DNA of 57,836 nucleotides, counting the filler, from Asterionella formosa (lineage: Eukaryota), in assembly GCA_002256025.1 (NCBI GenBank). It is 6 parts of 6 records of this genome, joined end to end, with 100 filler letters (N's around TTAATTAATTAA, not from the genome) between each part and the next. Parts side by side here need not be neighbours in the genome. Positions count along the whole stretch, not along the records: positions 9,666 to 19,226 come from NKIB01010502.1; positions 19,327 to 28,881 come from NKIB01010513.1; 4 more parts are not named here. One strand, 5' to 3'. Of this stretch, positions 12,330-24,000 are shown piece by piece. How positions within the stretch are numbered: the first letter of the stretch is position 1; each line of letters starts with the position of its first letter. The notes under the pieces were generated by a model. The model saw nothing but the letters and a program-made list of their open reading frames with translations. It did not search any database and was not told where the DNA came from. The position numbers and the translations under genes are program-made.

Positions 12330-13090
12330 AGCTTATCCATGGGAAAGTAGTATGATATCCAGTTGTCTACTATATGTGGAGCTGGGAGTTTGCCTTTTTG
12401 CTACCAGAGAGGAGCTCGTGTAAAGCAACCACATCCACACGGTAATGTGGACTGAAAAGACTTTAATTAAAAAAGTAAGAAAATTTTGTGTTTGGTAGAG
12501 TGAGGTATGGTTGGGAGTCCATATGCCTGGGGGCAGGGAGTTGATGCTGGGGGAATGGTGTGTACGGTGTGTACATGCCCCAGTGTAGGACGGAATGACG
12601 TGGGTCAGAGTGAGCACATGACGTGGGGATCCAGGTCGGATGGAAAACCTATAACAGTGTAAAGGGCTAGAATGCTGGCTCTGAGGGGGCGAATCATGTC
12701 TAGTCGTATGGTGCAGTAAATATTGTCATCTACAAGGTGGGGGAATCCTGGGGATTGTAAGATAGTACCATCTGCTGGATTGGTTCTGCCAGGGAATTTG
12801 GAGTCCCTGATGGCATGGGCAAACCCTCCTTTGACGATGTTGCAGGGTGTTGGAGTCGCAAGTTCGACTGGGGGGAGGTGTTTTTCCGCTTTACCCACAA
12901 TGTTGGGTTGATTATTACATGTGTTGGGCTTGGTGTTGCCAGGCAATTTGCCAAAATTTCGAAATTGGCTGGCTGGGGTTTGACAGCAGGTGGAGAAACC
13001 CAGGTGGTCACCCAGTTGGAAGCCATGCATGCCAAACATGTTGGGTTGTATTTGATATGTTTGAAAGCTCCTTGAATACCGTAAAACCTG
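12330..13090 (-). mobile_element. Degenerate reverse-transcriptase remnant, probably from a DIRS/Ngaro-like tyrosine-recombinase retrotransposon
   Basis: Fragments QGAFKHIKYNP~GMHGF and PHLVDDNIYC...RASILALYTVIGFP resemble RT motifs of stramenopile YR retroelements. Multiple frameshifts. Confidence 0.55.
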
Positions 13091-13135
13091 GTGTCTTGTA
13101 CCCCTTAATGTAAAGAGCCACGACTGATTTGACTT

Positions 13136-13320
13136 AGAGGGGAGTACAAGACATGGGACCTTTTTTGATAATCCAACATTGTGAGCAAACCAACTTCAAC
13201 AATGTTTTCTCCGTAGTCAAAAACGTTAATAGCAACATTAAAATATATATTGTTGTAGGTTCAAACGGTTTCTATGATCAATAGAATTTCTATTTTTGGT
13301 GCACTGGCAAGCCTGAGTTT
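13136..13320 (+). repeat. Fragment of the dispersed repeat family also found at 28982-29625 and, inverted, at 47059-48000
   Basis: gataatccaaca.tg.gagcaaaccaacttca...taggttcaaac.gtttctatgatcaata.aatttct.tttttggtgcac is shared by the three loci, least closely by the 47-kb copy. Confidence 0.8.
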
Positions 13321-13590
13321 CATGACGTGGCAAGGTGAAATTGATGAATAATATTGCTGCCGTGGGAAGAAGACCCCGTGGTACTAGGTACCCCGTACCA
13401 TTGCATGTCGTAGAAATGACCATGATGAGGTTGCACTTTCTTCGACCTCCCCCTGTCGTCCACCCCACTATGATACATACCGGTATGTACTACCGGTAGA
13501 CAACTTGGTACCGGGGTGTATACGTCTATCTAGCATAGAGTATACCGGTATCTTAGGATACCTATCACCATCAGCCATACATATTCCTGA

Positions 13591-15161
13591 ATGACCACCA
13601 TCAGATCCCACTCCCCTTACTGGATTATTTGCTTGTTGTTTGCCCTTACAATCTGCAGAATCGCATTCGCATTCGCATTCCTCAGTAGGATCCTTCCCTT
13701 CCCCTGTAATCATACCGGTAGACGATTGTTCAGCACAATGGCACCAGTGAACGGCCACCGCATGCTCCACACTCGAACTCCTGACAATGTTTCCCTCGAG
13801 ATGAAGGATCCTGTCGATCCCGTTGCTCTCGAACAAGCCGGTGCGATTATGGCAGAGTTACGGCCCACTGCTGGCAAAGTAGATTCTGAAAAGCTGGTGC
13901 AAGTTGCAAGGCGACTCGGAGATATCAAGGGAGAAAGCACTGATTTTGTCGTTACCAAGGACGCATGCAAGGCTGCCTTTGAAGGATTGAACGAGGACGA
14001 GAGAGCCTCGCTTATCCGTATCCATGATCGAGTGAAGGTATTTGCTGAGGCACAGCGCAAGGCAGTCACTGATATGGAAATTGACATTCCTGGAGGAAAG
14101 GCTGGGCACACCGTTAGTCCTTGCAATGGTGAGTTGTACCTCTAAGAATTGATTGCGACGAGAGTTGTGAACTGTAAGTTGACCATGCACTGACATTGCT
14201 ACCACATATACATATTTTATGCATAGCTGCTGGATGCTACGCACCTGGAGGTCGTTATCCTTTACCTTCTTCTGTCATTATGACGGCTGTCACAGCTCGG
14301 GCAGCTGGTTGCAAAACTGTCATTTTGGCAAGTCCTCGACCCGCTGCAATCACTTTGGCGGCTGCTCATGTTGCTGGAGCAGACAAGTTCCTATGCATTG
14401 GTGGTGCTCAGGCTATTGCATGCCTGGCATACGGTGTAGGAGATGAGATCCCTAGCTGTGACGTTATTGTCGGACCGGGTAACAAGTGGGTCACAGCCGC
14501 CAAATCCATCGTAAGTGGACATTGCGGAATTGACATGTTGGCTGGGCCATCAGAGGTGTTGGTGATTTGTGATGAGACTGCCAATTCTGAAGTTGTGGCT
14601 GCAGATTTGATTGCTCAGGCTGAGCACGACGTTGTTGCTAGAGCAATCTTGGTGTCAACTTCCCAAGAAATGATAGATGCTGTTGATAAACAAGTATCCT
14701 TGCAACTTGACTGCCTCCCTCAACCAAACCAATCTACTGCTAGAGAGGCTATGACGCAATCATTTGCTGTGTTGTGTGATTCTATTGAACAGTGTATTAA
14801 AATTAGTGATGACATTGCTCCCGAACATTTGGAAATTCAGACAAAGAATGCCATGAAAGTTGCTGAAGCATGCTCCAACTATGGTGGTTTGTTCATTGGA
14901 GAAAACGCAGCAGAGGTTTTGGGGGACTATGGTGCTGGTCCCAATCACACTTTGCCAACTGGCGGAACTGGAAGATATACTGGTGGGTTGTCAGTCTTCA
15001 ATTTCTTACGAATCCGCACCTGGATGCGAATTGATGACAAGCATGCTTGTCAAGGAATGGTAGATGATAGCATAATCATGGCACGCCTTGAAGGGTTGGA
15101 GGGACATGCACGCGCTGCTGAGGCTCGCAGTGCAGATAAGACACCAGCCTACAAGTCCTAG
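13591..15161 (+). CDS. hisD: Histidinol dehydrogenase; exons 13591 (or 13738)-14128 and 14227-15161, intron 14129-14226
   Basis: GCYAPGGRYPLPSSVIMTAVTARAAG, IGGAQAIACLAYG, IVGPGNKWV, IDMLAGPSEV, AADLIAQAEHD, APEHLE, LGDYGAGPNHTLPTGG, EGLEGHARA. The GTGAG...ATAG intron restores the frame. Confidence 0.96.
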
Positions 15162-15722
15162 TAGTAGCTTTGATGTGTTCTCTCTTTGATATATAAAACC
15201 CTTTCTAAATGCTGGGCACATTTCAATCATTCTGCTGGTAAACTCTGGAAGGGATTCTGCTTTATCATGAAGATACATACCATGGCTAATTACCTTATTG
15301 TCTACCAGTAGAATTAACGGTACACATCTGAAAACATTCAGATTGAATGGTGTTGTATATAATAGGTAAACAAAATCTGTGTACAGTTTACTTTCTGCTA
15401 GAACCAATTGTCTAGTTCCCAGGGCAAAATGCTGATCAATGTTGCAAATTAAGAATATCAAGAGCATTATCCTCAAGTGCTCAAGTGACTCTTGACTGGA
15501 TAAAAAAAGCATAAAAAAGAAATGAATCTGAATTAGCATCAGACCTAGATAGGGTTGTTGTAACTGCTTCGGAACACACAATTGTCAACCCTAGGTCATG
15601 GTTCCACTGGTATTGATGGTTCAGTACCCCGGTATGCATTTTTGTGTGACAATTACCGATGCGAGCATAACAAGATAGAATGGTGTTCATTTCTCGAACC
15701 ATAACTGTCATGTATGAAATAT

Positions 15723-15763
15723 AGGTACCAGGTACCCTGGTACCAGGTACCAGGTACCAGGGT
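15723..15763. repeat. GGTACCA / CTGGTACCAG microarray adjacent to a scaffold gap
   Basis: aggtaccaggtaccctggtaccaggtaccaggtaccaggg. The same motif recurs at more than 12 sites in the window. Confidence 0.85.
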
Positions 15764-15765
15764 GT

Positions 15766-15988
15766 NNNNNNNNNNNNNNNNNNNNNNNNNNNNNNNNNNN
15801 NNNNNNNNNNNNNNNNNNNNNNNNNNNNNNNNNNNNNNNNNNNNNNNNNNNNNNNNNNNNNNNNNNNNNNNNNNNNNNNNNNNNNNNNNNNNNNNNNNNN
15901 NNNNNNNNNNNNNNNNNNNNNNNNNNNNNNNNNNNNNNNNNNNNNNNNNNNNNNNNNNNNNNNNNNNNNNNNNNNNNNNNNNNNNNNN
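15766..15988. other. Sequencing gap (N run without the linker)
   Basis: Run of N with no TTAATTAATTAA core. Confidence 0.95.
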
Positions 15989-16099
15989 TTGTAGTTAACA
16001 ACCAACAAAATAGACGATCACCACCAGATTCGCTTTGAGTTTACCAAAGACCCTCCACTCTGATCAACTGAGGGCTAAGAAGATTGAGTATACCACAAG

Positions 16100-16900
16100 A
16101 TGAGCAAGCATGAATCAACGCAAGCGCATTATGAGGCTCATTCTGCTGCGTCCTACGAGTCCGCCTATTTCTACTCTCAAGGCGCATATACTGATTATCT
16201 TTCCAAGCTGGTCCGAATGCGCTTGGGCCTAGGAGATGAGACGCGTCGAGTTCTCGATGTTGGTGGAGGCACCGGAAACTTTACCAAGATGCTGGTAGAG
16301 GGCACGAAAGTGAACTCTGTTGTCATTGACCCTTTTCTCGAGGTTTCAGTGGATCAAGATACTGACCAGCTCAAGTTTGTCAAGGCCCCAGCTGAAGATT
16401 TTGGCAGAGAAATCAAGGATTGGTGGAGAAATGATTATCAGCAAGTGTTAATGAAAGAAGTCATTCACCATTTGGCAAAAGTGGATCGACTGGCAGTCTT
16501 TCACGGTATATACACAGATCTGAAAGACTCCCTTCCAATGCGTGATCCAAATTTGCTCATCATTACAAGACCACACATTGAGATTGATTATCCATTATGG
16601 AAAGGAGCCCGAGAAGTATGGACAGCTAATCAGCCTTCCCTTGATGACATCGAAGCCGATCTGAAAGACGCCGGCTTTTCAAGGATTTCCCATACCGTTG
16701 AAACTTACCCTTGTACCATAGCTCTCGATCGATGGCAGTCTATGGTTCGAAATCGTTTTTGGAGCACATTCTCGAATTTTTCAGACGAGGAACTAGACGA
16801 AGCTTGCGAACAAATTGCAACTGAAGCAGCCTCGAAGATTGACGCCAACGGTATAGTTCACTTTGAAGATAGACTGCTATTTATTTTGGCATTTAAATAG
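16100..16900 (+). CDS. Class I SAM-dependent methyltransferase, substrate unknown
   Basis: Motif I RVLDVGGGTGNFT, acidic residue after strand 2 (VVIDP), KAPAEDF, QVLMKEVIHHL. Intact single-exon 266-aa ORF. Confidence 0.9.
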   Translation: MSKHESTQAHYEAHSAASYESAYFYSQGAYTDYLSKLVRMRLGLGDETRRVLDVGGGTGNFTKMLVEGTKVNSVVIDPFLEVSVDQDTDQLKFVKAPAEDFGREIKDWWRNDYQQVLMKEVIHHLAKVDRLAVFHGIYTDLKDSLPMRDPNLLIITRPHIEIDYPLWKGAREVWTANQPSLDDIEADLKDAGFSRISHTVETYPCTIALDRWQSMVRNRFWSTFSNFSDEELDEACEQIATEAASKIDANGIVHFEDRLLFILAFK

Positions 16901-16915
16901 AATAATATAATTGCG

Positions 16916-18238
16916 TTACAAGCGACTCATACTCATCTCCTTAAGCTTGGCCTTGGTCCTCTTAATCTCCAGTAAGGCTACAGTCCTCCTGTGTACAGCA
17001 TCCGGTCCGTCGGCAATTCTCAGGGAACGAAGTCCAACAAAGATTCTTGCTAAAGGAAAATCTTCGCTCACACCAGCTCCTCCAAATAGTTGCACTGCCC
17101 GGTCCACAACTTTTGATGTTAGTTCTGGAACGCTGACTTTGATGCTAGCAATTTTATCTCTCGCCTGCATGGCTCCGAATCGGTCCATATAATCTGCGCA
17201 GGAAAGTGTGAGCAATCTTGCCGCATGCAAGTCCGAATAACTATCAGCAATCATTTCTTGACAGGCGCCATGTTCAGCCAAAGTTTTGCCAAACGTCTTG
17301 CGAGTGAGAGATCGTTCCAACATTAATTCATAGCAGCGCTGTGCCATTCCAATGGCTCTCATGCAATGATGAATACGACCTGGTCCCAATCGAGCTTGTG
17401 CGACCATAAACCCCTTGCCCTCTCCAATGATAAGCGAGGAGGGGTTGCAGTGGATACTTTTTAGATCTACTTCGGCGTGACCATGTGGAGCATCGTCGTA
17501 TCCAAATACCTGTAAGGGTCTAACCATATGCATACCGGGGTCCGACATGTCAACCAAAACAACTGTTTGTCCACTGTGTATGTTTCCTTCGATGGTGACA
17601 GAAGAGTCGCTGTAATCCATCTTGGCCAAAACAAGCGCTACCTTGCAGCGTGGGTCCATGGCACCTGTTGACCACCACTTTCGACCATTCAAGACGTAAC
17701 TGACTTGACCTTGTGTTTCAATTCTCTTGAGCGTAGTTTCCATGTTGGTAGCGTCTGACGAAGCTACTCTGGGTTCCGTCATGAGAAAAGTTGATCTGAT
17801 TTCCCCCTTCAACAGCGGAATCAAGTATTTGATCTTTTGCTCTTGTGTTCCATGATGCAGCAGCAACTCCATGTTGCCAGTATCGGGTGCATTGCAATTA
17901 CAACTTTCGGGTGCGAGGAAAGACTTGCCCATGGTCTCACAGAAAACTCCATACTCACGGAAGGTAAGTGGAAGCGAGGGTCCTAGGGATTTGTCTGGTA
18001 AGTGCGGAATGAGATGCGGTGGAATGAATAAATTCCAAAGTCCAAGCTGCTTTGCGCTTCGCTTGAGTCTTTCCACACACGGCGGAACCGCGTCTGGCGT
18101 CCAGCGGTCAGCACCGAGACGGGTCTTCATGTGCTCTTCATACTCCAATTCGGCTGGTTGACATTCTTGAATTACAAATCGCTCCAACTTTTCTCTCAGA
18201 GCCTTTGCTTGCGGAGAAAGGGATTCTAACATGGACAT
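16916..18238 (-). CDS. Acyl-CoA dehydrogenase of the ACAD10/11/IBR3/FadE2 type, with a peroxisomal PTS1 (-SRL)
   Basis: GLWNLF, NCNAPDTGNMELL, GEIRSTFLMTEPRVASSDATN, LNGRKWWSTGA, GYDDAPHGHAEV, AQARLGPGRIHHCMR, LRIADGPDAVH. C-terminus is SRL. First ATG is at 18238. Confidence 0.95.
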   Translation of the reverse strand: MSMLESLSPQAKALREKLERFVIQECQPAELEYEEHMKTRLGADRWTPDAVPPCVERLKRSAKQLGLWNLFIPPHLIPHLPDKSLGPSLPLTFREYGVFCETMGKSFLAPESCNCNAPDTGNMELLLHHGTQEQKIKYLIPLLKGEIRSTFLMTEPRVASSDATNMETTLKRIETQGQVSYVLNGRKWWSTGAMDPRCKVALVLAKMDYSDSSVTIEGNIHSGQTVVLVDMSDPGMHMVRPLQVFGYDDAPHGHAEVDLKSIHCNPSSLIIGEGKGFMVAQARLGPGRIHHCMRAIGMAQRCYELMLERSLTRKTFGKTLAEHGACQEMIADSYSDLHAARLLTLSCADYMDRFGAMQARDKIASIKVSVPELTSKVVDRAVQLFGGAGVSEDFPLARIFVGLRSLRIADGPDAVHRRTVALLEIKRTKAKLKEMSMSRL

Positions 18239-18989
18239 TGTGCTCAATTACTGGAGGCTTCAGGAAATGCGGGAGCGACAGAGTGAGAGAGGACGGAAAG
18301 CCAGATCAATTCCTGTAGCGGTACCAACATAGTAATCACGCGATCATACTGGTGGGTAGGCATTGCAATCACATGTCTGATGCCAGAAGGGAGATCATAC
18401 GTAGGGATCAGTCTACCGGTAGAGCAGGTATCACGGGATACGTGGGCATGGCTGCACATGATGTATTTTTTCGTGACGCTATAATATCGCGTCATGCATG
18501 CATCTCGACTAGGAATGTACTGGTACCAGGGTACCTGGTACCAGGTAAGGACAAACCGGGCATCTTGCAAGTTGCGGTAAAAGAGAAGTTTAGCTTAATT
18601 TACCTAACAGTAAGAACCGTCTTTTACCGCAAATTCCCATCAGGCACCAGCCACATCATATAGGAGCCACATGGGCTCCTTGCCTGGCTCTGCTATCCTA
18701 AAGTCACAACAATCCTGTAAGGTCTGGTAGCGCAAGTGATATGGCACACCTTTTCAGTTTCGACACACTCCCAATGGATTGTATCATGCCTGGAAGGTCC
18801 GGTAATCAGTGTACATAGCATGCAGGTTGCTTGTTTTCTGTTCTTCGATTCACATACAAGAAAAGGCAGGGGTACAACCCCAAAAATTGTCAAACCCCTA
18901 ACTTTTGCACCACTCCATTATTCTTTAAATAGTTGTTTACATAGACATCCATTAAGCCATTAGTCATTTTATTGTCAAAATGAACTTTA

Positions 18990-19088
18990 AGTCAGCAGTC
19001 AGCGATTTTTTCAAATTTTCAACAAATCAAGTCAGCAGTCAGCAAAACAAAGTCCACAGTCAGCAGTCAGCAAGTTGAAGTCAGCATT
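18990..19088. repeat. Cluster of GTCAGCAGTCAGC repeats (GCTGAC on the minus strand)
   Basis: gtcagcagtcagc occurs three times, plus a single gtcagc unit. The core matches the GCTGAC of the 1394-1560 array. Confidence 0.6.
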
Positions 19089-19326
19089 TTTACGATAGTA
19101 CTAGTACATGGTGTTAGCAATATGAAGAAGTTGATAGCAATGTTTTTTTCAGGCATCAATGTCTATTTCACAGTTTTTAATTATGTAGCTATGGAGTACC
19201 AGGTACCTCTTTGTTACTCCCGATAGNNNNNNNNNNNNNNNNNNNNNNNNNNNNNNNNNNNNNNNNNNNNTTAATTAATTAANNNNNNNNNNNNNNNNNN
19301 NNNNNNNNNNNNNNNNNNNNNNNNNN

Positions 19327-19704
19327 CTTCCTCGAGATGTAAATGATTCGATGTGTGTTACCGAATTCCACAAGCGGTTCAGCAGCTCGAGGCAAAGTAA
19401 GTTTCCAAACACTCCATGGACCCTGACGTTTGATGAGAGTTCGTTCTTGAAATCGAGTTATAGTCAATTCCATCTTTTGTCGCTTCTTCATAATAAGTCC
19501 TGAAAGCAGCGGTTGTGGTAGCGATGCACCAAACCCACCATCACAATCATCACAGTCGCAATCTCGACGACGCCGAATTGAGGCGAATGTCATGGATGCA
19601 ACAAATCCATCATCATGCGGTAGTAATCGTTGTGATGATGGTGTTGATTGATGTTTTATCGGCGACAATAATGGTTCGATGTCGCCATTGCTGTTCGTTG
19701 TCAT
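19327..19704 (-). CDS. Hypothetical ORF, truncated by the contig end
   Basis: ATG-initiated frame of 126 codons running into the linker. No recognisable domain. Confidence 0.25.
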
Positions 19705-21025
19705 GGTATGATAGTTGTTGTCTAAATAATCGTTTCATGAATTATTCATTGGTCGAGCACCCAAGAGCGAACATGAAGAATATGGGCGCTTCGAAATACC
19801 AAATAAATTTGTGCCAAAATTATATGATGTCACAAATATGTCTTGGTGATTTGATATATAATATCATCCTTCGACTATGATATTCGAATTTTTTCTTATC
19901 CAGCATCAAATATTCATTTAACTTAAATTTTTAACAGTCAATTTTTCCCAGCAATCCATCATCTTGTTTGTCATGCCCTCTCGTGCTATTAATAGAAATA
20001 CAGTACAGGATGTTATTATCCTTGAGGTGCATAATTTCATCATTGTCATCAGCCACTGACCATATTGGCTTTCCTCCCATCACCTGATGAGGATGATGAG
20101 GATGAGGATGAAAAGGATGATGATGCATGATCATCTCATTACTTTTCTGCTAAAGGTTCAGAATCAAGTGTGTTGCTGCTCAAGTGTTTATTCATTGAAT
20201 AATGGAAATAAAACACTCAAAAGGGAAGTGGGTGCTATTGCGTATTCCATGTGGGCCCATTAGTCTATTACTCTTAAATCCTCCTCTTGATTGAGGCATG
20301 TCAAGTCTTGTGGTAAACTTGCAAAGGAACAAAGTAATGCCTTTGAATGCTTATATCTGTGATACATACTAGGTTTCCCACTCAGCAAGGCTGAAAGAGA
20401 ACTCACCAATTGTATTCAGAAATTTCATGATTTTGCAAGAAAAATTGGACTTGGCTGATTCCCTGATAAGTGCAGGGATTGGGCAATCAAGAAGTAATTG
20501 CAAATCAAGCTAAAGTCTATTGAATTTCTTATTTTTGTACCTAGCATACTTTCAGTGAAGTATTCGTTTATTTTGGCAAGGATGCGTCATTTGGATGTTC
20601 ATATTTTAGTAAGTAGCTAACTTGTTATATAGCATAGGAACGTACAATTGGACTCCAATCATCAGAGGCAAGTACTCTGCTGGAACCAGCTTTGTTTCTG
20701 TATGTCCATGGTTTTAGTAGCTTATGGTAGCATAGTGTACAATTGGAATACCACAGTCAGAGGCAATTAACAGCCTATCACCAGCTACATTTCTCTCTGC
20801 ATGGTTGGCTGTTCTTTGTTGTTCTACAATAAGCGTTGGCGTAGCCTTGTTTCACTTCAAAGCGTGACCCGTGATAGACTAACCAAACATTAGTTGTAGT
20901 CTGCTTTGCAGTTTTGTTTTCAGCTTCAAGTAGTCTACAAATAAAAACTATCTTGAATATAGGATCAAGGGTTGTATCGTATGCTAAGTGAGTGAGGACT
21001 GGAGAGGATGATGAGCCAAACCACT

Positions 21026-24000
21026 GTCTGCAAATAAAAACTATCATGAATATAATGTCAAGGGTATTGTACGCTAAGTGGCCCAGGAGTTTTACATATA
21101 TGATATAGTTTTTCGATCAAAAATTTGATCAATGTATCATATAATTATGATCATGCAGTAAACTTTTACCGAGCTTGAAGTATGATGATACTAGCTATCA
21201 TAGTTATAATAACATTGCATCATATAATTAGTTAAACATGGTCCTAGTATGATGTGTATACTTTTGTCATGCATCTATCTTTGCATGATCGTAATTCTCA
21301 TCGATATCACTCTCTAAAATAGGATGAAATTGATCGAAATTTAGAACTATATTTAAGAATCGTTTTATGTTTCTATATCTTGAGTGGCTACAGAATGTTC
21401 TACAATGCTCTCATCGCAATGATTGGCTGGTGCTTCAGCTGGTTTCACTTCCACTTTCCCCCCAATCCAATTCTGAAGGTTGTTGTACTGGTTGCCTTGC
21501 CGTTGTTCCCCTGCTTTGTTCCATCTACTCCTGACGGATCTGAGTTTGCATTCACGCATTTTCCCATTACTGCTTAATCCGTTTTGTTGTCCCAATCAGC
21601 AATACTAACAAAGAGAAGCAATTCATTGTTAGCTGTTCATGTTTTGCTCACACAGCAACATGCATTTCGCTTCTACCTTCACTTACCACAAATTGAGGAA
21701 GTTACTGATGCATATTTCTGTAAAAGAATGTGTCAGTTGAAGATTGAATTAAAAAAAGTATCGATCAATAAATGGGCTCCAACACTGCTGTTTGTAACTT
21801 ACAAATACTGTTTGTCTACCATTATCCTGAAAGAAGCAACACATACTATGTGTCAGTCTTTCTAACAGTTTTGGATTGATCCAATGATGATAGCACTTAC
21901 CGATTTTTTTTGTCCACATTGATGGGTGACCAGCCACCAAATCGAAAAGGAGCTATTGAATCACTGAAAGGGGACGAGTCATTCCGTATTTGTAATCCCA
22001 GCAATTGATTATCTTGGCATTTGCTCTTGACAAACCGTGATGCTATGCACAGCTTGTTGATTCCGCCCTTCTCCATCATATTCACTCCTTCTTAGCTGCA
22101 TGGTGTATCATCGTATTGTTTTGTCACTTCAGTTTTTCGCATCATGTGTTGCTTGAGATCCTTCATTTCAGGAAGTGTATAGATGACAAAGAACATGAAA
22201 GGCATTTGCTCTTGACTTCTTAGTACCATCAATCGTTTCCGCCCTTCTCTTCTAAGCCGCAAGTATCATTGTGCTGTATTATCACTTTCGTTTTCCGCGT
22301 CATCATGTGTGATGATCCTTCATTTCAGGAGCAAAGTGTAAGCATGACAAGGAACATGAAACCATGATTATGATTTCAAATGTTTCAGCCATGAATACAT
22401 ATATTTAAAGATTTGTAAGAAATTTAAATGTATGTATTGTTGAACATTTGCATAGTTTTCAACACGCTCATTATATGGCACATCCTGTGTATACTAACAT
22501 CAATTTTGATTATACATAATTCAAATATATACAATGCATGATGAGTTCATAGTTTTCCACGACCTGTTGAATTTTTTCAATTTGTTTTGTGTCAATTCTT
22601 GTACCTACAAGTCAGTGGCTGATTTAATTTAGCCCCTCAATAAAGGGGAGTCGTCACCAATTTTTCAAATGGTCGAAATCATACATTTATGTGTATAGAC
22701 ATATTGACCAAAATTCATATGGCCTACCGGTAGGAATGTATACTTGCTGGGATTTATTTTATATCATGGAAACGCCACAATAGTGCAGCAGAAAACTGAA
22801 TGTGCTCATGTGTTGAGGATCATTTGATCATATTTTAAAGATCAATTTATCCTGATTCCTGAAAATAAATTTTGATCTTTCATTTTCTCATCAACGACAC
22901 CATTTATCATATGATCAATATGTTATGATCAAAGGTATAGGATAAACGAATCAAAATTTATTAATTGAAGATCATAGTTTATACCGGAGAAGTTGCTCAT
23001 GCATGCAACCCCTTCCCTCTCCCCCTGTATACAGTACGGAAGTGATAACCCCCAAGCTACCAAATTTTTATGTCTTGTAAGAATTATCGCAGCATGCATG
23101 TATACATGACTCCTACTGGTAGTGCTATATACAATGCGGAAATGATGACCAACAGACTGCCAATCCTATAGGTCCTGTAGAATTATCGCAGCATGGCTGC
23201 ATATCTAATGAAAGGGCGGGAGGACTCATCCATGCACCTGCATATGAAATATGGAAATGGTCAAATATAGTCTACACAAGGAGTAGTGCATCATATATGC
23301 CCTGTGCGTTATTTTGATTCCTATGAAATCTCTTGATCTGTTCTGCGCTTTTTCGCCACCACAATTGTTTTCATTGGCTGTTTCACTGGACAGCATTCGA
23401 ATTGATTGTGCTTTGAACGAAGCAATGATCAAAGTCCACCTCATTGCAGAATGGTGAGTCTCACAACGAAGTATCAGTTAGTTGATTTAAATTGGACTGT
23501 CTTTTGTGCACCCTTGCTCGTTGTGTTTGTACTTGACTTGGCAACTGTCAGCCAAGAGCAGCCATGGTATGCATGCCACCATTTATTTTCTGTACGAGTT
23601 TCGAATGCGTTCAGCTATGATAACTTTTGCTCTCCCCTCCTAAACACTATCTCACAACGCACCCTTGTCATAGATATTCTTTATCCTTGCTTTGGCTTCA
23701 CAGGCCCAGGTTACTCAATGCCTTCATCTGCAAGTTCAGCCAAGCAGGCCCAAGTTGGCGTCAAGAAAACCTCAACCCTGATTTTCCTCACACGCTCCGC
23801 CCATTGACTTCTTCATTGATGAAGTCGAGGTAGCTATATTGACGTCAGGTGGCGCAGGCTTGTGTATAGATTGATGATGCCAAAAGCATTGCTTCCTTTT
23901 CCCGTAGGTACCTATTTGACAACATTCCATTCTTGTTCCCGCAAGACCAGAAGTAATAATCCCTTCTTTACTTCTCCTCCCAACAACCCTCATTTCTCTT

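Noticed and set aside
15481..16008. ORFs spanning N runs (also 19279, 28634, 38580 and 48235)
   Set aside because: Their listed extents are artefacts of translating through gaps or linkers. Real coding parts are annotated separately.
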